DNA of 64,000 nt from an uncultured Candidatus Saccharibacteria bacterium (GTDB lineage Bacteria > Patescibacteriota > Saccharimonadia > CAILAD01 > GCA-016700035), in the NCBI GenBank assembly GCA_964583675.1, contig CAZOVH010000001.1, positions 145,754-209,753 of the forward strand, written 5' to 3'. The translations under genes and the position numbers were made by a program. The notes below the pieces were generated by a model. That model saw only the letters and a program-made list of their open reading frames with translations. It ran no database searches and was not told the DNA's origin. Shown here piece by piece: positions 59,219 through 64,000 of this stretch. Numbering within the stretch: the first letter of the stretch is position 1; each line of letters opens with the position of its first letter.

Positions 59219-60380
59219 AAAAATTAAAAGTATAGTTGGTCGCTATCCAGCAATTACGATAGTATTTGCGTGGCTAATAGTCTTGATTTTGCTACGTACT
59301 TATGTAGTAGCAGCGATTAGCCAGCCTGGTAATCTAGATTACAATCCGCCGGTCGTATCGACTATACAGGGTGCTGTGAAATGGGATGGGCACTATTATC
59401 TACAGATAATACGTCAGGGATACGATTTTTCTGGACCAACTGCTGTTTTCTATCCAATCTTCCCCCTTATTGTAGGACTACTCAGTAGACTTGGCTTAGG
59501 CATAGTTATTTCAGCGCAGATAGTGAATGCATTGGCATTAATTCTTGCCTCACAGGGGCTCTATTTGCTAACTATACTAGTTACAAAAAAACGCCAAATT
59601 GCCCTCCTAGCCGTTCTTGCTTGGCTAGCTTTTCCAGTAGCGCATTTCTTTATTGCCTTTTACACAGAGGCTCTTTTTTCTGCATTGGTAGTGTGGTCGC
59701 TTTATTTTCTTTTACGAAAAAAGTACATATGGGCAGGTGTTTTAGCTGGGTTTGCTACCGGCACACGGGGGGCTGGCGTAGTACTTGGCTTGGTGATTTT
59801 AATTCAGTATCTTGCCGATAAGGGTTGGTCCTGGAGGAAGATTGATTGGCAGATCTTGGCGGTTCCAATTTCATTTTTTGGCATCGCCGCATATTGGTTG
59901 TGGATTTACAGGGAGACGAAAATTTTACCTTGGGTTTTCTTTTCGGGGCTCTATGCTAAATTCTGGCCATACATGCGCTTTGAGTCGAATATCCTAAAAA
60001 CGCTCTACGTTGAGTTGTTATCGATGGTAACGCTGATTAATTCAACGAGCTGGATGGATGCTTGGTTGAGCGAGTGGTTTACGAAGTTGCACTTCTTTGT
60101 TGCGTGGTTGACGATTGTTTATAGTGCTTGGCTCGGTTGGGTTAAAAAGTTGCCACTGGCTTTGGTGTTGTATTCGGCGCTCACTGCACTAATGCTGATA
60201 TTAACCGGAAATTTTGTATCGCATTCCCGTTATATTCTGCCAGTTTTTCCGGTGTTCATCCTCATTGCAATGTGGCTCGATAAGCAGGCTGAGTGGGTGA
60301 GAACTCTATACTTTGTCGTATCTGCCATTGCACTTGGTGCCATGCTCACGCTATTTTCTAATGGCTATTGGGTTGGCTAA
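59196..60380 (+). CDS. GT-C fold membrane glycosyltransferase-like protein (ArnT/PMT/GT87-like)
   Basis: A polytopic ~11-TM protein with an N-terminal loop carrying acidic residues. The assignment rests on topology and locus context only. Confidence 0.45.
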   Translation: MQLRPSLRKIKSIVGRYPAITIVFAWLIVLILLRTYVVAAISQPGNLDYNPPVVSTIQGAVKWDGHYYLQIIRQGYDFSGPTAVFYPIFPLIVGLLSRLGLGIVISAQIVNALALILASQGLYLLTILVTKKRQIALLAVLAWLAFPVAHFFIAFYTEALFSALVVWSLYFLLRKKYIWAGVLAGFATGTRGAGVVLGLVILIQYLADKGWSWRKIDWQILAVPISFFGIAAYWLWIYRETKILPWVFFSGLYAKFWPYMRFESNILKTLYVELLSMVTLINSTSWMDAWLSEWFTKLHFFVAWLTIVYSAWLGWVKKLPLALVLYSALTALMLILTGNFVSHSRYILPVFPVFILIAMWLDKQAEWVRTLYFVVSAIALGAMLTLFSNGYWVG

Positions 60381-60399
60381 AAGTTGACGCGTTAACTAA

Positions 60400-61776
60400 T
60401 TGGCGCGTACCATAAAGAGTATGACGGTCGATCAACTTACGTGGAAACAATGGCGCTGGATTCTATTGTGGCTCGTGCAAATTGTTATGATCGCTGCGGT
60501 GTGGCTTTTTAGTAGCGGCAAGCTTATCGGCACTGGCTATGTGCCTACTCTCATTGCATTCGCCAGACTTGCAGGTTTGTTCGCGGCGTTTACCGTGCTT
60601 ACACAGGTAGTGCTTGTAAGTAGGGTGACGTTTATTGAAAGAGACTTTGGTCTTGATAGGCTCACTCGCATACATCGCTGGAATGGGTTTGCGGCATTAG
60701 TGCTCGTACTCATGCACGTGCCCACGCTTATTTTGGCATACTCTACCGTGTATGGCGTGCAACCTCCTGAAGTATTGCCGCTTTTCTTCCAAAACTTTGA
60801 AGACACGCTTCAAGCCTTTATTGCCGAAATACTACTCGTTATCGTTGCCGTTTCATCGCTAGTGATTGCCCGTAAAAAACTGCGTTATGAGTGGTGGTAT
60901 GCAATACATCTCTTGACGTATCTGGTCGTGCTGTTTTCGTTTGGCCACCAAATAGATAATGGTAGGGAGCTCACAAAAATTGAGTGGTTCCGCATGTACT
61001 GGATTGCACTCTATGGATTGGTGTTTCTTTTGGTTGTATATTACCGGTTTGCGCGCCAGTTATTGCTCTATAAGCAGCAGGATTTTCGTGTGGCTCGAAT
61101 TGTTCAAGAGGCGAGCGGTATACATAGCGTGTATATTCGTGGGAAAAATATTCGAAACTTTCACTATACTGCCGGACAGTTTGGTAAGTTTCGCTTTTTA
61201 GCCAAGGGCTTTTGGCTGCAAGAGCACCCTTTTAGTTTTTCTCTAGAGCCAAATAGTGATGAGTTGAGGATTAGTGTAAAAACGCTGGGTGATTTTACAG
61301 CAAATATTGCCCAGCTTCCGGAGAATACTCGCGTAATTGTGGATGGGCCTTACGGGCGTTTTACCACCGAAAGAATTACACAAAAACGTGCTGTATATAT
61401 TGCGGGTGGCATTGGTATTACTCCAATTCGTTCTATGCTTGGCGCGTTGGCTGAAGCTGGCGCCAAAGAGAAGTTATGGCTGTTTTATAGTACTAAAGCA
61501 AGTAGTGAGAGGGTGTTTGAAAAAGAGCTTGCTCGAATTTCTCGAGACATAGATCTTACTCTGCGGAATGTGGTGCAAGAAGGTCCTAAGAAACAAGATA
61601 TTGCCGGCATGATTTCTGCTGATATCCTGAAAAAAGAACTTAAGAATTTGAGCGGTACGGACTTTTATATTTGTGGCCCTCCTGGCATGATGCGCGCCAT
61701 AAAAACCCAATTACTCGATGCAGGTGTGGCACCAGTAAACATTCATACAGAAGAATTTAGTTTGGTGAAATCATGA
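60400..61776 (+). CDS. NOX/FRE-type ferric-reductase-domain flavocytochrome (6 TM + FAD + NAD(P)H binding)
   Basis: Two His pairs spaced 13 residues apart lie in TM helices (HRWNGFAALVLVLMHV and HLLTYLVVLFSFGH). The FAD motif HPFSFS and the NAD(P)H motif YIAGGIGITP are also present. Confidence 0.7.
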   Translation: MARTIKSMTVDQLTWKQWRWILLWLVQIVMIAAVWLFSSGKLIGTGYVPTLIAFARLAGLFAAFTVLTQVVLVSRVTFIERDFGLDRLTRIHRWNGFAALVLVLMHVPTLILAYSTVYGVQPPEVLPLFFQNFEDTLQAFIAEILLVIVAVSSLVIARKKLRYEWWYAIHLLTYLVVLFSFGHQIDNGRELTKIEWFRMYWIALYGLVFLLVVYYRFARQLLLYKQQDFRVARIVQEASGIHSVYIRGKNIRNFHYTAGQFGKFRFLAKGFWLQEHPFSFSLEPNSDELRISVKTLGDFTANIAQLPENTRVIVDGPYGRFTTERITQKRAVYIAGGIGITPIRSMLGALAEAGAKEKLWLFYSTKASSERVFEKELARISRDIDLTLRNVVQEGPKKQDIAGMISADILKKELKNLSGTDFYICGPPGMMRAIKTQLLDAGVAPVNIHTEEFSLVKS

Positions 61777-62312
61777 AGCAAGAATGTTTTTCCTACGCAT
61801 CGGCGCTTCAGCTGAGAAAAATAATGTACCAAATGGATAAAATGGCCGAACGTGCGCTAGCCGAGCAGCATCAGCTTACGCTTTCACAGTTTTTTGTGTT
61901 AGTAAAAATACAGGGTGATGAGCCGTGCCAGCGCGATCTAGCAGAAAGTCTTGGCATCACGCCAGCGGCAGTGTCTCGACATATTGCTACGCTTACGGAG
62001 CTTGGCTATGTTGCAAGGACGCCGGGTGAGACCGACCGTCGTTTTGACTCTTTACAGCTCACCCCAGCTGGACAAACTACCTTTCGGGATGCATCTAAGT
62101 TGATAGATAAGTTTTTCTCGGAGCAATCGCAGAGTGTTACTCGGGATCAATATACGCAGATCTCTGCGGCTTTAGCAGCGCTTTCTTGTTGTTTTGATAG
62201 GGGTGGGGCGGCTAAAGTTGAGCAGAAATCTAAGAAGACATTGCGCCCAGAAAAATTGATTGCAAGCTTGGTGGTGTTAGGCACAATTCTTTCATTCGAC
62301 GTGATACGATAG
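61773..62312 (+). CDS. MarR-family transcriptional regulator
   Basis: LTLSQFFVLVKIQGDEPCQRDLAESLGITPAAVSRHIATLTELGYVAR is a winged HTH. Confidence 0.75.
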   Translation: MKQECFSYASALQLRKIMYQMDKMAERALAEQHQLTLSQFFVLVKIQGDEPCQRDLAESLGITPAAVSRHIATLTELGYVARTPGETDRRFDSLQLTPAGQTTFRDASKLIDKFFSEQSQSVTRDQYTQISAALAALSCCFDRGGAAKVEQKSKKTLRPEKLIASLVVLGTILSFDVIR

Positions 62313-62315
62313 AAT

Positions 62316-62756
62316 GTGATGCATAAAAAAGCCACACTCTACGTAATCGGATTTGCAACGTTTTCTTTGTTGCAATATATGTGGCTGCAAGTTGCGGCAC
62401 GGGATATCTATAAACGTGCGCTTGAGCAATATGTATCGAATGAATTTTCGCTCGTATGGTTTATTTTGTTCGGGGTAATTTTTTCGGCTGGGCTAACCTA
62501 TATAGCCATAACTCGCGAAAAGAAACGACCGACCATGGGGCAGTCTTTACTGCGAGCGGGTGTATTTGGCGGCTTGGTTTTTGGGCTCATCAATATAAAG
62601 AATTTGCAATTTTTGCAAGACTGGCAACTGGGAATTTCTGTAATTGACACGATATGGGGCGCTGTTGTGGCCACAGCAAGCGTGGCGCTCACACTTATTA
62701 TTTTTGAAAAACTGGAGGAGACACGTAATGGAGCAAAACAACGACCCAATTCTTGA
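62316..62756 (+). CDS. Hypothetical 4-TM membrane protein
   Basis: Hydrophobic profile only. Confidence 0.4.
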   Translation: MMHKKATLYVIGFATFSLLQYMWLQVAARDIYKRALEQYVSNEFSLVWFILFGVIFSAGLTYIAITREKKRPTMGQSLLRAGVFGGLVFGLINIKNLQFLQDWQLGISVIDTIWGAVVATASVALTLIIFEKLEETRNGAKQRPNS

Positions 62757-63873
62757 ACACGCAAAGCACCGGGGAAAGATCCATATTGAATCGAATGCCG
62801 CACTTACTGAAACATCGCTTGCGACATTTTATACGCCGGGTGTGGCAGCGGTTTCGCGCGAGCTGGCAGAAAAGCCAGAGCGTGCTCGAGAGTTAACTAG
62901 TGCTGCTGGCGCTGTGGCGGTAGTGAGTGATGGCTCTGCAGTTCTAGGTCTCGGAAATGTGGGTCCACAGGCGGCTCTACCGGTTATGGAAGGCAAAGCA
63001 ATGTTGTTTCGCGAGTTGGGGGGAGTCAACGCTTGGCCAATTGTACTATCTACGCAAGACCCTGATGAGGTCGTGCAGGCAGTGCGTGCAATTGCTCCAG
63101 GCTTTGGCGGCATAAATTTAGAAGACATAGCTGCACCTGGCTGCTTTGAGATAGAGAGGCGATTGCAGGCTGAGCTGGATATTCCGGTTGTACATGACGA
63201 TCAGCACGCTACGGCTATTGTGGTGTTGGCTGGTATGTATAACGCGCTCAAAGTTGTTGGCAAGCAGCTGTCTGATGTGCGGGTTGTGGTTAATGGTGCC
63301 GGTGCGGCTGGCTCGGGAATTGCTAGACTTGTATATCAAGCCGGTGTACGTGAGTTGATCGTGGTTGATTCTCGCGGAATTTTGTCAGCTGATCGAGGTG
63401 ATTTACGCGGCGAAAAAGCCGAGCTTGCTAAGTTGAGCGGCGCTACGGAAAACGGGGGTTTGTCTGAGGCGGTTCGGCGTGCGGACGTGCTTATTGGTGT
63501 TTCGGTAGCTGGAGCATTCACGCCTCAGATTATTCAAGGCATGAACAGTGACCCAATTGTTTTTGCACTGGCTAACCCAGAGCCAGAAATTTTACCTGAA
63601 GACGCTAAGGCGGCAGGTGTGGCTGTTATGGCAACCGGTAGATCCGACTTGCCCAATCAGATAAATAATGTATTGGTGTTTCCTGGCTTGTTTAGGGGCT
63701 TGATGGACGCGCATAAAAATACTGTTTCGTCCAACGATAAATTGCGTGTCGCCAAGGCGTTGGCTGGTCTCATTGATACACCTCGAGCAGAACACATAAT
63801 TCCCGACGTGTTTGATAGTCGGGTTGCTTCGTGCGTTGCCGCGGCGATTACAGGTGATACAATAGAAGCATAA
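62728..63873 (+). CDS. NAD(P)-dependent malic enzyme (malate dehydrogenase, decarboxylating; short form without PTA domain)
   Basis: LATFYTPGVAAVS, VVSDGSAVLGLGNVGPQAALPVMEGKAMLF and GAGAAGSGIA are malic-enzyme motifs. The likely start is MEQNND at 62728. Confidence 0.8.
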   Translation: MEQNNDPILEHAKHRGKIHIESNAALTETSLATFYTPGVAAVSRELAEKPERARELTSAAGAVAVVSDGSAVLGLGNVGPQAALPVMEGKAMLFRELGGVNAWPIVLSTQDPDEVVQAVRAIAPGFGGINLEDIAAPGCFEIERRLQAELDIPVVHDDQHATAIVVLAGMYNALKVVGKQLSDVRVVVNGAGAAGSGIARLVYQAGVRELIVVDSRGILSADRGDLRGEKAELAKLSGATENGGLSEAVRRADVLIGVSVAGAFTPQIIQGMNSDPIVFALANPEPEILPEDAKAAGVAVMATGRSDLPNQINNVLVFPGLFRGLMDAHKNTVSSNDKLRVAKALAGLIDTPRAEHIIPDVFDSRVASCVAAAITGDTIEA

Positions 63874-63885
63874 AAGGTATTTCTA

Positions 63886-64000
63886 TGGCTCAATCGCCAA
63901 AAGTTGTTTCGTCATCTCGGGCTAAAAAACCAATGTCAAAGGGCGCCAAGCTGGCAATCATAGGCGGCGGCATTGTGGTTGTACTATTTGTTGCTGTGAT
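63886..64000 (+). CDS. Hypothetical membrane protein, 5' fragment (continues beyond the window)
   Basis: MAQSPKVVSSSRAKKPMSKGAKLAIIGGGIVVVLFVAV..., truncated by the window end. Confidence 0.3.

Overview
This window begins at a chromosomal replication origin: dnaN, dnaA, rpmH, rnpA, yidD, yidC and jag in the usual order, with DnaA-box clusters on both sides of dnaA. The standard genetic code applies. Genes are small and tightly packed, with some TTG and GTG starts and about 45-50 % GC by eye. This fits a small-genome, Gram-positive-type bacterium, possibly a Patescibacteria/Saccharibacteria-like lineage, but that identification is tentative. The main elements are: (1) a GC-rich secreted LGFP-repeat/CHAP peptidoglycan hydrolase next to a VanW-domain protein, which looks horizontally acquired. 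(2) A ~6.8 kb integrative element at tRNA-Asn (about 10.6-17.45 kb). It carries a large serine recombinase, an excisionase, a Rep-like protein, a SpoVG homologue, an XRE regulator and cargo genes: a tandem Ltp-like superinfection-exclusion protein, a SHOCT protein and a 416-aa unknown. This is a candidate satellite or defence island. (3) A block of small stress and detoxification genes (three VOC paralogues, DUF1697, YdeI, SRPBCC, an FMN reductase/HxlR pair), a Pif1-family helicase and transporters. (4) A glycerate -> PEP mini-operon (2-hydroxyacid dehydrogenase, glycerate 2-kinase, enolase). (5) An ABC-2 transporter next to a membrane-anchored LRAT/NlpC-P60-like fusion protein. (6) A 708-aa secreted protein with a lytic-transglycosylase-like head and three near-identical ~145-aa tandem repeats. 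(7) A ~16 kb fucosylated, methylated glycan locus: gmd and fcl, GT10 and GT11 fucosyltransferases, two FkbM methyltransferases, an acetyltransferase, six GT2/GT4 enzymes, a Wzm/Wzt ABC exporter, an O-antigen-ligase-like protein and a GT-C membrane protein. (8) A bacterial NOX/ferric-reductase homologue with a MarR regulator, followed by a malic enzyme. No CRISPR array, rRNA or transposase was seen.
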